Of a stretch of DNA of 64,000 nucleotides, positions 53,501 to 64,000 are shown in pieces (position 1 is the stretch's first letter; the number at the start of each line of letters is the position of its first letter). The stretch comes from Podarcis cretensis (Eukaryota). Below the pieces are notes generated by a model. It saw nothing but the letters and a program-made list of their open reading frames with translations, did no database searches and had not been told where the DNA came from. Position numbers and translations under genes: made by a program. The stretch is from the NCBI GenBank assembly GCA_951804945.1, contig OX638149.1:113584001-113648000 (forward strand). The letters run 5' to 3'.

Positions 53501-56500
53501 TAAAATCTGCTTCAAGTTGGGCACATGTGGTTGGGTCAGTTTCCATGTGGGCAATTTCCAATTTTGCATCTATTACTTTCATCCCCAATTAAATTTTAGT
53601 GTCATATTATGATGCGGCCAGGGTTAGCATGAGGTGGGGCATTAATTCCCTGCCCCCGAGCTGGATCACCACAAGGGCCCAGATGCCCAGTCGCAACACC
53701 TCCCACCACGGAAGGTGAGTGGTCCTACCCCCAAAAGCGCTGCTGTGCACTGATGAAATAGCACACTAAAAAAATAATGGTGCAATCATATGCTCAGTCA
53801 CATCAAGACTGCTTTTCTTTTTCTTTTTCTGGCAGTTTATCAGCAGGGCCATGACATTGTTCAAGGGGCAAAAGATGCAAAGGAACTGAAAGCTGCAACA
53901 TAGTGGGCACACTCTGGTTCCAGAATTGATTTTAGAAATTATCCTTGGAATTCACAAGCAGGGCAAGACAGGGCGGCGCAAACCAATGTTCAATGCAGGA
54001 GCACAACAGGGAAAACCCACCCATGTTTTCTACTTCTGCTAATTCCTTCTATGTTTGGATGTGTTTCCCAGTCTTCTTTCATTTATTATTCCCACTCCAA
54101 GCAATCTGCTAGTTTTATCATGGCAGAAGCATTATGATACATATTGCGAAAGCAATTCCCCCACAACTTACAAGCATTTAACTTGCGCACATTCAGCTTT
54201 ACACGTGTGGCAAAAAATTAAAAGAGGGTTGAGGTTCCAGGAAAAATTGGCTTTGGCAATCCCATTTAAGACTGAACCCCAATTGACCATACACAATTTT
54301 GGCTTTGGAACTTAACCCCTACATAAGTTGTGGGCTTATTGTACCTTAGTTTAAGGGCAGGAGGGAGGGAGGGAGGGAGGAGCAGGTTTTCTTCTCTCTG
54401 AAACCCTATCAAAAAGTTGAAATCAGTTCTTTTGTTTTGCAATTTTCTAAAGGGTGAAAGAGGCCTGCCTGGCCCTGCTGGACTGACTGGAGAAACGGGA
54501 GTAGGGTTGCCTGGCCCCAAGGTAAAAATGCCAATCATATAGCCTATTGTGCAAAAGGACAGCTGCTGAAATAATATATGGCTGGATTAAAAAAAACACA
54601 CAAAAACAACTTAAAACAAGGATAAATGATGTCTTTGTAATACCTGAAAGGTATTCTGGATGCAGTTCAAATACATTCATACCATTAAAAGGGGGGAGGG
54701 AACGCACAGAATGGTGTAACTCTCAGTAGTTTATTGGTAATAAAATTTGACATATATAGAGAGACAGGGGGCAAATGAAGTTATTATTACAGGTATCAGA
54801 TTTGTTTTACTTCCCTCTAGTCTTCTTAATATCACTGTATTAAATCAAAGAATGCTGCTTCATTTCAGTGTCCATAATTTTGTTCAAATCCAAAAATAAC
54901 ATATCTTTTTCTGAAGGGTGACATTGGTTTAACAGGAAGACCAGGTCCTGTTGGCCCACCTGGAGTTGGAGAACCAGGTTTACCGGTATGTACTGTACGT
55001 GGGGAGATCACACAGGGGGGAAATCCCTTAGTAACAAATAATTGCACCTTTATATGCAAAAATCAGTGCACATAAAAATAAAGAGTGGCTCTGATCCACT
55101 CAAGGTTTGGTTCCTGGTTCTTTACTTTTTTCAGCCTTTCTTATTCAGCTTCTCTTACAAGTTCTTTTCAAAGTAGTTATTGCTTTAATAGAGATGATCT
55201 GCAACTCTGTGTTCCAGATCTTTCACCTCGTTCTCTTTCTGATTGCTTTCTTGTTTCTTCTGTGCTCTGCAATCTCACCCCATTTGTGTATCTGGCTTGT
55301 GGACATCCTTCTATTATCCTCTATGTCTTTCTTTGGCTCAGATGGAACGGGAGTGTGATTGTAGAAGAATAAGAGATACCTCTTGGTCTTTTCATTCTTT
55401 TATCTGAACAACTGCCAACTCTTGTTCTCGATGTCTCTAAGTTGTGTTCTTTCCTTCCATTTTCCATTTGTGTTTTTGTCTTCCATCTATGGAAACTATG
55501 ACCACTGTGTTAATTCTATAATGCCTCTTGACTATGGTGATGCCCTCTGTTGTGGCTTCCTGTCTCCCACCTTCTTCTTCTTGACTTGTTTGTTCTCCTT
55601 TTCTATAGCATGTTCATTTTCAGTTCCCTTTTTGGGGGGATGGGGTTTACACTCTACTCATCCAGTTTCAGGAGCAGCCAATATGTGGACCTCCAAATAC
55701 TCCTGGTCTCCAAGTCCCATTACCCTTGATTATTGGCCACATTGACTGAGGCTGATGGGAGTTGGACTCCCAACAATATCTAGAGGTCACCACATTGGTA
55801 ACCTCCAAATTTCTTGTTCACATTTACACATCCACTTACCTGCTTCATTCCGAGATAGTTTCTAACTTGGCGTAGTAAATACAAACATAACTTTAGAAGT
55901 GAGAATGAAACATACTAATTAGCAAAAGGATCCTGGTAGTTCTTCAGTTATACTGACAGTGCCAGCCGCCCATTTTGTATACCACTTGTGGGGTGGGGGG
56001 GGTTGTTGTTTACAGTCAACACAGTATATACATTTTATGGAATAAATTTTAAACATTCATCTGCAGGGAAATACTGAGTTTGTTTTAGGAAGGAGGTTCG
56101 TCTCAATTTATGCAAAACTATAATATTTCCTACTAGATCAGGCCTACACTCTGGGCGAGTTTCCAGCACCATAGAACATGTGTATGTCATCAGCATCCTC
56201 TGCAATGCATCTAGAACAGGGTTTCCCGAACTTGGGTGTCCATCTGTTTTGAGGCTATAACTTCCATCATCCCTAGCTAGCAGGACCAGTGGTCAGGGAT
56301 GATGGGAATTGTAGTCCCAAGACAGCTGGAGACACAAGTTTGGGAAACCCTGCTCTAGGGGTTCTGTCAAACACACACAATCTCCTCAGCAAACAAGAAA
56401 ATATGGAAATAATTCCCTAGAATGTGGGCAAACCACTGCATCTGTTTTAAAAGACTTGCTTAACTTTAAGCTTGAGTGAGCCCATAAAGAATCTATTATT

Positions 56501-59500
56501 AAAGTTGATCTTATACTTGACTGCATTTTCAGGCTATTACAGGGTAAACATTGCAGGCTCACATGTTTAAGCCTTTTCTTTAATGGTGCCGGGAGCGGGG
56601 GGGACTCCTAGCATAAGCCAGTATAACTTGTTATACCTGGAGTTCATAGCTGTCTGCTGTTTGATGTATCATGAAAAAAGCTACTTTTGCTTTTCATAAA
56701 TATAGCATTACTTTAGCAATTTAGGGCAGGTTGAGACTAGGCTCCAAACCACAAAGATGTATGAAGATCCTACTTTGATTGATTTGCTATTGATTTCCAG
56801 AATTTTGCTTTCAAAAACATTTTTACAGGGGCCTCAGGGACCACAAGGTATTCAGGGAGAAAGAGGATCTCCAGGAGAAGGGCTTCCAGGACCAAAGGTA
56901 CAAAAGAGTTTTGCTTTAAAAATGCCATGGCATATAAATGACCTTTTAAAGTGTTTGTGCAAGCCCATTTCCAAACTTGGAATTATCAAAACGTACATAG
57001 AAATGTGTTGCTTTTCATTGTAACCCAGTCCTCAGAAACTGCATGCTGTAGCTGGAGACCTGTTCAACATCAATAATAACTTTAGCACTTAAGCCGTGGA
57101 CACACTCCCATTTATTCTGCATTCAGTGCTCTCCCACCACAGATTTGGGAAGCTGTGTGCACATGACATAAGCCACAGTAAGAATCTAAGATTTTACAGT
57201 GACATAGGCCATAAAAAGAGCTGTCCCACTCCATTCAGTCAAGCTGCATCAGCTCTGGGCTTATATTTCTTTTCTTTTTTCAACTGTTTTTATTAGTTTT
57301 CCTGGTATAGAAGATAAATTTTGAGAAAACAATTGTTACAGCAATCTGGACTTATATTTCTTAACCAAGCGGAGGGAGGAAGCTGGATTAAAAGATAGAG
57401 TCAAGCTCCCCACTCCCCAGAACAACCTGGTACATGCTCCAAGAAGAGGGTAAGAGGTAAACAAAGCTGTTAAGCATTATGGCAAGGCTGGGCAGTTTTC
57501 AGACTTGAAGGATCTACTTTGTTTTTTACTACAACCTCAAGGTCCACCAGTCAGACCTGGGTGCAAAGTAGTGGTTTGGAGTAGAGGCTTTGAGGACATA
57601 GAGTTAAAGAACAAGGTGCCTCGGAACACATGTTCAACCCAGGAATTTGTTTTCAGAGCTGAGTCTGGGCTCACAATCCTGCCCCACCTAAATCTAGTCC
57701 TGGTTTCCCCTTCAAGCTTTCTTCATCTCCACAGCCTAATTTAGGCAGTGGGAAAAAGCTTTTTTTCCCCTGTTGCTATTGTTCAGACCATAATTCCTAT
57801 TGATCTGTTACAAATCACCCTGAGATTCCCCAGTAGATTAGGACCTATCTACCTTTTGCCCACCTGTGGGGAGCTTCCTTTGCATGAGTGCTGTGGTTCC
57901 ACAGGAATGCTCACATCCCTAATGGTTTTACAGTGGTACCTTGGGTTACAGACGCTTCAGGTTACAGACTCTGCTAACCCAGAAATAGTACCATGGGTTA
58001 AGAACTTTGCTTCAGGATGAGAACAGAAATTGCATGACTACGGCGCAGCAGCAGCAGGAGGCCCCATTAGCTAAAGTGGTACCTCAGGTTAAGAATGGAC
58101 CTCTGGAACGAATTAAGTACTTAACCCAATGTACCACTGTATTATCATATCTTATAGCATCTTTGGTATGTTTTTATTTTTGTCAACTATTTATGACCCA
58201 TCCTTCACCCCAAAGTCACCAGACAGGGTACACTTGCACATTAAAATCACAAGTAAAGCATATAAAGCCAGAACCAACAATTACTGTTTCAAATCAATAT
58301 GATTAGGAATGCAGCCAGTAGCAGGAAAAAAGAAAAATTCAGCTCATCTCTCTTTTTATATATAAAGCTGAACATGCCTGTAGAAATCAAACCATTCCTG
58401 GGATGACATGAAGCAATTGCTTCCCTGTGAACACACAGCTACACTTCACAACAGCTTAGTGAAGTAAAGAATGCATTAACAAACTGAAACTACAAAGGAG
58501 ATTTAAACAGGCAGAACAAATGTAATTAACCAATCTGGCATTTAGCCAGAACTCCACTGTTAATAGAACTTAGTTCTTCAGAAAAGCAAGGATGAAATGT
58601 CAACAGATATATGTAAGGCTACTCATACATCTTTGTACATTCGAGTGTTTTCTTATCTAGGCAAATTATAATGTTACATTTCCCATTTTTAAACAAAATC
58701 AAACCTGTCAAAAGGAAGAACCAAACATTTGGCCTGTTTTCAAGATTGACGGGTACTATTTTAAAACAAGACGTTTTAAAATATATATAAGAAATATTAG
58801 AAGGAAAAGACTGTTCCTTGTTGATAATAATCAACAGCCTGATCCGGCTGGGGTAATGTGGTTGAGAAAAAAGGGGGTTTCTCCACCCACATCTGTGGCT
58901 ACATCAAGAACACAATGTGCAAAGGAATAGGAAGATGGACTCCCCAGTGGTGGATCTCTGTATCCAGTGGCGTGTGTGGTAGATAAGGCATTGGGATGAA
59001 TCCTTAGTCTGTTTCCAGGGGTGGGGTGAGTTGGTGCATCACCCCTGTCCTTGAGCAGGTGCAAAATCTCAGGGTACTCTGGTAAATGGATCTGCGTGGA
59101 AGTTTATGTCCTGAAGCCATATGGAGAGTGGATGGGCCTTAGAACTTCCAATGGCGGCCTGGGGGCGGGGCAGCTTAGTTGACCTGCATCTTGAAGTGGC
59201 ATGACCCTGTTCAAAACTCCAGTCATCTGGTAGGAGGCTGATACAGAATACACACCAAGCACCTTAAGCCAAAGCCTATCTACATTTGTAATCTATAAAG
59301 TTGTGGCTAATTCTCAACTCCAAGATGTTGTTGTCCCAATTTGTTCCACCTATTCACCGCCTCAGCCTTCCGTCCCCAGGAGCACATTGCACATGGTTCT
59401 GCAACACACAATGCTTAACAGAGAGTTGGTACTTTCAGTTTTAGCAGCACTAATAACCTGTCTGAGACCTTTTAACTCCTCTCTCTTATGGAGGGTGTCG

Positions 59501-62500
59501 AAGCGGGAGAAAATTCAGGCTCCTCCCCTCCCTAGGCATCTGCAGTTTTAAATTACTGGAAACCACCCTGATTTCACAAAAAAATGGTGAGTCTAGGCAC
59601 CTTAAATAAATAACAATATTTCCCACTATAAGAGAGCATAACATTGCCAAAGAGTGTGCAATAGGTGAATCATGATCTTTACGTAGATGAATCATGTACA
59701 TTAAGAAAGCCATGTTTGTTATATGGCAAGCGCTGAATTCTTCCCATCAATATGGAGAATTCAGGACCGGAACATAAACATTTGAAATGGAAAGAAGATA
59801 AATCATTTTATTCATCTCTTTGTAATGACTTTCAAATTCAACAGTGATCTCATCAGGTGGGCGGGGAACTCTCTTTGATGCACAAGAGAAAATCAACTTC
59901 AAGCACTGCCTTTTGCATTCTCAGTATTTTTGAATTATATCCTTACGTTGCCAGCAATCAGTCCATTTGTACTAAACAGAACTTTCAGGAGAAAGCACAG
60001 ATCACATTTTCTAACCTCTATGCAATTTTGTCTTTCTATACAGGGAGATCGTGGCTTTGATGGTCCAAAGGGACCCCGAGGCCAACCAGGCATTGGCATA
60101 AAGGGTGAAAAGGTGAGCAGTAAATATGCCAGGGGATTTGCAAAGTCTAAATGACCTGTGACTGATACTAGTCACAAAGAGTGTAATGAAGCAAAATAAA
60201 GAATTTGCTTTTTCAATGGCGATTGAACAATACTGTAGTTTCTCAGATAGATTTATGCCCAATAAACTACCCAAAGCCCATTTTAACATCTCTTCATAGT
60301 AAAGTGTGAGATGAAATAAGAAGGGTTTCATTCTGTGGGAAAGTTAAGTTCTGGGGTACAAAAAGAAAAGAAGACTGTACACGTTCCTTACTGTGCCGGA
60401 GACAGCATCTATAAAAGGCTGGCATTTAATGCGTCCTAAGAAAATATAGCATACATTTGTCAATGTCTCTGTACTGAGACTATGCCAATGGCTTCGAAGG
60501 AGCTGGTCCAAATTGTACCTAGTGAATATTTACACCACAATCCTATATGTGTCTATTATAACTAAGTTTCAATTAGTTCACTGGGACTTACTCCTGGGTA
60601 TCGGATTGCAGCCTAAGTAACTTGTATTAAGTAACAATGCTTTGTTTATAAGGGTGAAATTGGCCCGCCTGGTTTGCCTGGGCCTATTGGATTACCTGGT
60701 GTTGGACTTCAAGGAGAGAAGGTGAGTTTTGGTGCTTGCAGGTATTTAAAAATTGCTTAAGCCTTGCTTAGGGAACTCTTTCTCCAGGATTCATTTTCTG
60801 ACATCTTCTCTAGGGAGTAGAAGGCCCCAAAGGACCACCAGGGCCAAGAGGGCCACCTGGACAGGGATTGCCCGGACCAAAGGTGAGCCAAGTCAGTGTT
60901 GGGTTTAATTCTGTGATTGGTCTGCATGACAGCAGACTCTGATTGGCTGGAGACTCTAGTCAGCTGAGAGCTGGCTGTGATGAGCAAGATAGTTGAAATT
61001 TGACAACTGGAGAAATTGAAGGAAAAAGTAGCTCTGAAGGAGTCTCCCCCTGTGTTTTATTTATCCTTCTATCGTGTATTATTGAGTGTTACCAGTTTCT
61101 TTTCACACCAGGTTCCATATGCTTTATTTCAGTCACTCTGCTGACAACCAGAACTGCAACTGCTTGATTTTTAAATAACTATGTGGGATTTTGGCAGAAA
61201 TCCCCACCAAGCAAACTTCTCACGTGTGGGCAGTGTAATCAACAACAAATGTGGTTGGGAATGGAGTTTGGGCATAACAAGAAACCAAAGTCACTTGAAA
61301 ACTGAAGTGAAAGCCTCTGATTTCCCTCTTCTCAGCCATGCTGGGCTCATGCACATAAAACTAAGCTATAGCTTAGTGTAATATGGAAGCCCTGCCAAGG
61401 TGTTCAGGATTTTATTTTTATCATTTCAATTTCCCAAGTATATAGTGGTTGAAATGGTGCTGCTCTCTATTGATGTACTCCCATCGTCTCTCTCTGAAGA
61501 CGGAATAAGCCGAGCAGATGTTCTTTATGTTGCTCAAGCATTTCAAATCATTTTGTTTTGTTTAAGGGTGATCAAGGTTTACCAGGAGAAACTGGAGCTC
61601 CAGGAGAAAGAGGTCTTGGAGAACCTGGAGCAAAGGTAAAGTAGCATTCTAAAAGTTGTATATTAAAACTGTATAAAACTGCATTATAATAAGGCATTTA
61701 ATTATTTTTGCATTGCATAAGTAGCCCTGTGTATTTAAAGTTCAAGGACTTAATTCTATTGTATATTTAGGAGAACTGAGTACCAGGGAGAACAGAAACA
61801 GGAGAGAGAGGGAAAGGCTCTCAACAGCTACTGGTCACGATGGCTATGTATTGCCTCAAATATCAGAGGCAACGTAGATCATTTGCTGGGAATCGCAAGT
61901 GAGGAGAACACTGCTGTGCTTGTGTTTTACTTGAGAGCTTCCAAGAGGCATCTGGTTGGCCACTGAGAAAGCAAAATGCTGGATTAGATGGGCTTAGGTC
62001 TGATCCAGTTGGGCTCTATTTGTGTTCTTAACTTTCCATTTCTCATTGACATTAGGGGGAACCAGGTTCTTCAGGACTAGCAGGTCTACCTGGCCTGCCA
62101 GGAGAAGATGGAGCACCAGGCCAAAAGGTTTGCTTATTTTATTTAAGCATGTCTGTTTCTAAAATTAAAAGAATTACTGTAAATGCCATTTGGCAAATCT
62201 AGGCTGGTTTCATCTATAACCAAGGGATTAGTTCTGTGTGATGTGATGCGTTGGACACACTCACATGATAACACCTAGAGAAAGAGATGGAAGGATCTGC
62301 CTATTTCATTTCTCTCGGTTCCTCATTTTTTCCCAATTTTAAATTCCCTTGTCCAGATTCCTGCAGCAATTTGAAATTATTATTTTCAAAAATCTTCAGC
62401 ATTTAATGTGAATTTCTCCTAACAGACACCTTTTTATGCAGTTTTGCAAAACACTCAAATTTTTGCAAGCAATTTTCTTCATATAAATAATTTTGGTATG

Positions 62501-63143
62501 TTAGTTTCACTAACATATACATTATCCTAATAATATGCAGAGTTGTTGTTGTTGTTGCTGTCCTGCTTTTGTTGTGCTGTGGAGCAAAAGAGCCCCTCCT
62601 GACAGCAAAAATGCGGTAACACTGGGGAAGCATTGAAGAACAACAGATAAAATGGAATGATACGTGAATGGCCCAGTTTAAATTCACTGCTAATTCTCTA
62701 TTATTGCATGAATGACACATTGCAGAATACACCTGCAAAAAACACACCAGTCTGGAGGGGCCATTAATGAGTCCTTGGTGAAGGGGAGAATTCCAAACAG
62801 GGACTTCTTGATTCACAGAGCAATATTTTAGCTGCTGAATTGCACCAATATATACAACGATATGCTACCACATTATTATTTTTTCTTTTGCAGGGAGAAC
62901 CAGGATTACCTGGCCCCCGTGGTCCAGAAGGTGCTCCTGGAATTGGAATACAGGGTGAAAAGGCAAGAAGTTATTTATAATTGGTCATGGAATTATGTGT
63001 GCTTTTTATTACCTTCTCTGAGAAAGCTAAAGTAGCTTTTGTATAAAGTAGCTTTTTCAACTTTTTCCTAGGGTGATCAAGGTCAAAGAGGTATACGTGG
63101 ATTATCAGGACCAACTGGAGTGCCAGGACCTGCAGGGGCTAAA
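41405..63143 (+). CDS. COL28A2: Collagen alpha-1(XXVIII)-like chain (COL28A2 paralogue), 5' part: 20 coding exons, continues beyond the window
   Basis: Exons 41405-41561, 42484-43052, 44789-44809, 46208-46267, 48477-48530, 49079-49123, 50081-50107, 50294-50338, 51313-51357, 52436-52489, 54453-54521, 54917-54985, 56829-56897, 60044-60112, 60653-60721, 60814-60882, 61567-61635, 62056-62127, 62894-62962 and 63072-63143 join in frame: signal peptide, VWA domain, Cys linker, then Gly-X-Y with G-X-G interruptions. Family call is strong; the paralogue name is inferred. Confidence 0.85.
41994..42237 (-). mobile_element. Squam3-like SINE
   Basis: Copy of the 36078-36330 family. Confidence 0.85.
42484..43052 (+). 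CDS. COL28-like exon: N-terminal VWA domain
   Basis: FLLDSSES (MIDAS DxSxS), YIGHGTYT and VLLTDGVDHPRNPD match the collagen XXVIII VWA1 pattern; AG/GT bounded. Confidence 0.95.
44131..44356. mobile_element. Old Tigger-like MITE
   Basis: TA|CAGTAAGCCC...GGCTTCCTG|TA termini. Confidence 0.55.
44789..44809 (+). CDS. COL28-like 21-nt micro-exon (KELAEEG)
   Basis: CCCCAG| acceptor and |GTAAGT donor; in frame. Confidence 0.8.
45183..45538 (+). mobile_element. Sauria SINE
   Basis: Consensus match; TSD TATTGTCTTCT. Confidence 0.95.
46208..46267 (+). CDS. COL28-like exon (CPQPPICNCEKGERGLPGPA), start of triple helix
   Basis: AG/GTAAGT bounded; CxC-EKG motif preceding Gly-X-Y. Confidence 0.9.
47085..47300 (+). 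mobile_element. L2 LINE 3' fragment
   Basis: Same family as 10859; short 5' duplication of TGTGGAACGCCC. Confidence 0.8.
47601..48097 (-). mobile_element. Bov-B (RTE) LINE, 5'-truncated
   Basis: Encodes LKLRLQYFGHLMRREDSLEKTLMLGK...; (CAA)n tail on the minus strand. Confidence 0.95.
48477..48530 (+). CDS. COL28-like Gly-X-Y exon, 54 nt
   Basis: GKKGRPGDDGAPGPKGVK; AG/GT. Confidence 0.92.
48659..48888. mobile_element. hAT-type MITE
   Basis: CAGTGGTTCCCAAC...GTTGGGAACTACAG; TSD TTCTAAAT/TTCTAAAA. Confidence 0.8.
49079..49123 (+). CDS. COL28-like Gly-X-Y exon, 45 nt
   Basis: GEPGLNGIPGRDGTE; AG/GT. Confidence 0.9.
50081..50107 (+). CDS. COL28-like Gly-X-Y exon, 27 nt
   Basis: GKSGYKGEK; AG/GT. 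Confidence 0.88.
50294..50338 (+). CDS. COL28-like Gly-X-Y exon, 45 nt
   Basis: GERGECGTPGIKGDR (intrahelical Cys); AG/GTAAGT. Confidence 0.92.
50744..51071 (-). mobile_element. Sauria SINE
   Basis: Consensus match; TSD AAAGAGAGACT; an older MIR/Squam3-like SINE is adjacent at about 50500-50708. Confidence 0.95.
51313..51357 (+). CDS. COL28-like Gly-X-Y exon, 45 nt
   Basis: GPEGPGGPRGLRGLQ; AG/GT. Confidence 0.92.
52436..52489 (+). CDS. COL28-like Gly-X-Y exon, 54 nt (GC donor)
   Basis: GSQGLPGDQGPEGMQGSK; donor AAG|GCAAGA. Confidence 0.88.
54453..54521 (+). CDS. COL28-like 69-nt exon
   Basis: GERGLPGPAGLTGETGVGLPGPK. Confidence 0.92.
54917..54985 (+). CDS. COL28-like 69-nt exon
   Basis: GDIGLTGRPGPVGPPGVGEPGLP. 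Confidence 0.92.
56217..56352. mobile_element. hAT-type MITE
   Basis: TIR CAGGGTTTCCCGAACTTG...CAAGTTTGGGAAACCCTG; internal core shared with 24048-24184. Confidence 0.85.
56829..56897 (+). CDS. COL28-like 69-nt exon
   Basis: GPQGPQGIQGERGSPGEGLPGPK. Confidence 0.92.
57931..58139 (+). mobile_element. Tc1/mariner MITE, family A
   Basis: Copy of 905-1135; TA TSD. Confidence 0.9.
60044..60112 (+). CDS. COL28-like 69-nt exon
   Basis: GDRGFDGPKGPRGQPGIGIKGEK. Confidence 0.92.
60653..60721 (+). CDS. COL28-like 69-nt exon
   Basis: GEIGPPGLPGPIGLPGVGLQGEK. Confidence 0.92.
60814..60882 (+). CDS. COL28-like 69-nt exon
   Basis: GVEGPKGPPGPRGPPGQGLPGPK. Confidence 0.92.
61567..61635 (+). CDS. COL28-like 69-nt exon
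   Basis: GDQGLPGETGAPGERGLGEPGAK. Confidence 0.92.
62056..62127 (+). CDS. COL28-like 72-nt exon
   Basis: GEPGSSGLAGLPGLPGEDGAPGQK. Confidence 0.92.
62894..62962 (+). CDS. COL28-like 69-nt exon (GC donor)
   Basis: GEPGLPGPRGPEGAPGIGIQGEK; donor AAG|GCAAGA. Confidence 0.9.
63072..63143 (+). CDS. COL28-like 72-nt exon
   Basis: GDQGQRGIRGLSGPTGVPGPAGAK; weak donor AAA|GTATTA running into (TTA)n. Confidence 0.88.
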
Positions 63144-63384
63144 GTATTATTATTATTATTATTAATTTATTTTATTACCACGTCTGGTGTCAGAGGTTGG
63201 TGTGGTGGAGCAGTTGCCAAGGGAGGAAAGGCAACAGCCCCTCCAGAAGTCCTTTTTATTATGCATTTGTGATTATTTGTGCTCATGAAATTACCTGGAT
63301 GGCAATACACGATGCCACTTTCAGTACTGTTTGCTACTGCAAATGTTTTGTGGTGCTTCCTTTTTTATCAGTACTTGTCCCATA

Positions 63385-63900
63385 GTTTTCTTTTTTTAAA
63401 AAAATAAAAATGCTTTTTATTGGGGGTTTTGTGTTACAAAGCAAACAGGTAAACAGGGAATGGCACATCTATTGTCTCCACTTTCAATTCATGGTCTTTC
63501 TCACAGTTCATTTACATTTGGTGAGAGACATTTTTTTTCATAGACATCTTGCAGTTAGGGGAGAGGGGAGAAAGATGGGGATATTGGTCTTTCGCTCTTT
63601 TGCCTGTTCTTAGTGTAGCGGGTGGAGGGGGGTGTCAGCGTCACATGGGTAGGTTCTTTGTTTATATATTTATTTATTTTCATTGAGATTGTGAGAGGTT
63701 AGGGGTTCCCGAGCTTGGTTGGTTCTGTTTAGTTGATTGCGGTGTGGCTGATTTGTGTGAGGGAGGCAGGCTAGGTTGTTGGCACAGGTGAGCCATATTG
63801 ATTTCTATGCTGTTGGAGGGGATGGGTCATTGTTCTGTTGTGCTGTGTATGTAATCAGGGGGAACCGCACTGGGGTGAAGGCCAAATTTTGCAACTTTTC
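63385..63900 (-). mobile_element. Possible L1-type LINE 3' end
   Basis: T-run and TTTATT on the plus strand (polyA tail and signal on minus); AFTPVRFPLITY-like terminal remnant. Confidence 0.45.
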
Positions 63901-63906
63901 ATACTA

Positions 63907-64000
63907 CAGTGGTACCTTGGGTTACATACACTTCAGGTTACATATGTTTCAGGTTACAGACTCCGCTAACCCAGAAATAGTACCTTGGGTTAAGAACTTT
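63907..64000 (+). mobile_element. Tc1/mariner MITE, family A (cut by window edge)
   Basis: TA|CAGTGGTACCTTGGGTTACA start matches 905. Confidence 0.88.

Noticed and set aside
55085-55745. Hydrophobic ORFs in a pyrimidine-rich intron stretch
   Set aside because: Compositional artefact with no splice support and no recognisable domain.

Overview
Vertebrate (squamate, most likely lacertid lizard) genomic DNA, judged from its Sauria SINE, Bov-B, Squam3-type SINE, L2, CR1 and Penelope repeat content. It holds two divergently transcribed genes. (1) On the minus strand, a CpG-island/TATA promoter and a 94-nt first coding exon (12785-12692) encoding a signal peptide, tentatively LRP2/megalin; its intron 1 runs off the left end. 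(2) On the plus strand, the 5' part of a collagen XXVIII paralogue (COL28A2-like): a probable non-coding exon near 39.5 kb, a signal-peptide exon, a VWA exon, a 21-nt micro-exon and 17 Gly-X-Y exons up to 63143, continuing off the right end. The remainder is intronic or intergenic and dense in transposable elements, several nested and many with readable TSDs. I found no CRISPR array or prokaryote-type system, and no convincing novel system. The most unusual observations are a CpG-decayed duplicate of the minus-strand core promoter 2.45 kb upstream, two different tRNA heads fused to the same CR1 tail, a fixed-register 69-nt exon module in the collagen, and two GC-AG introns. Repeat boundaries without TSDs are approximate.
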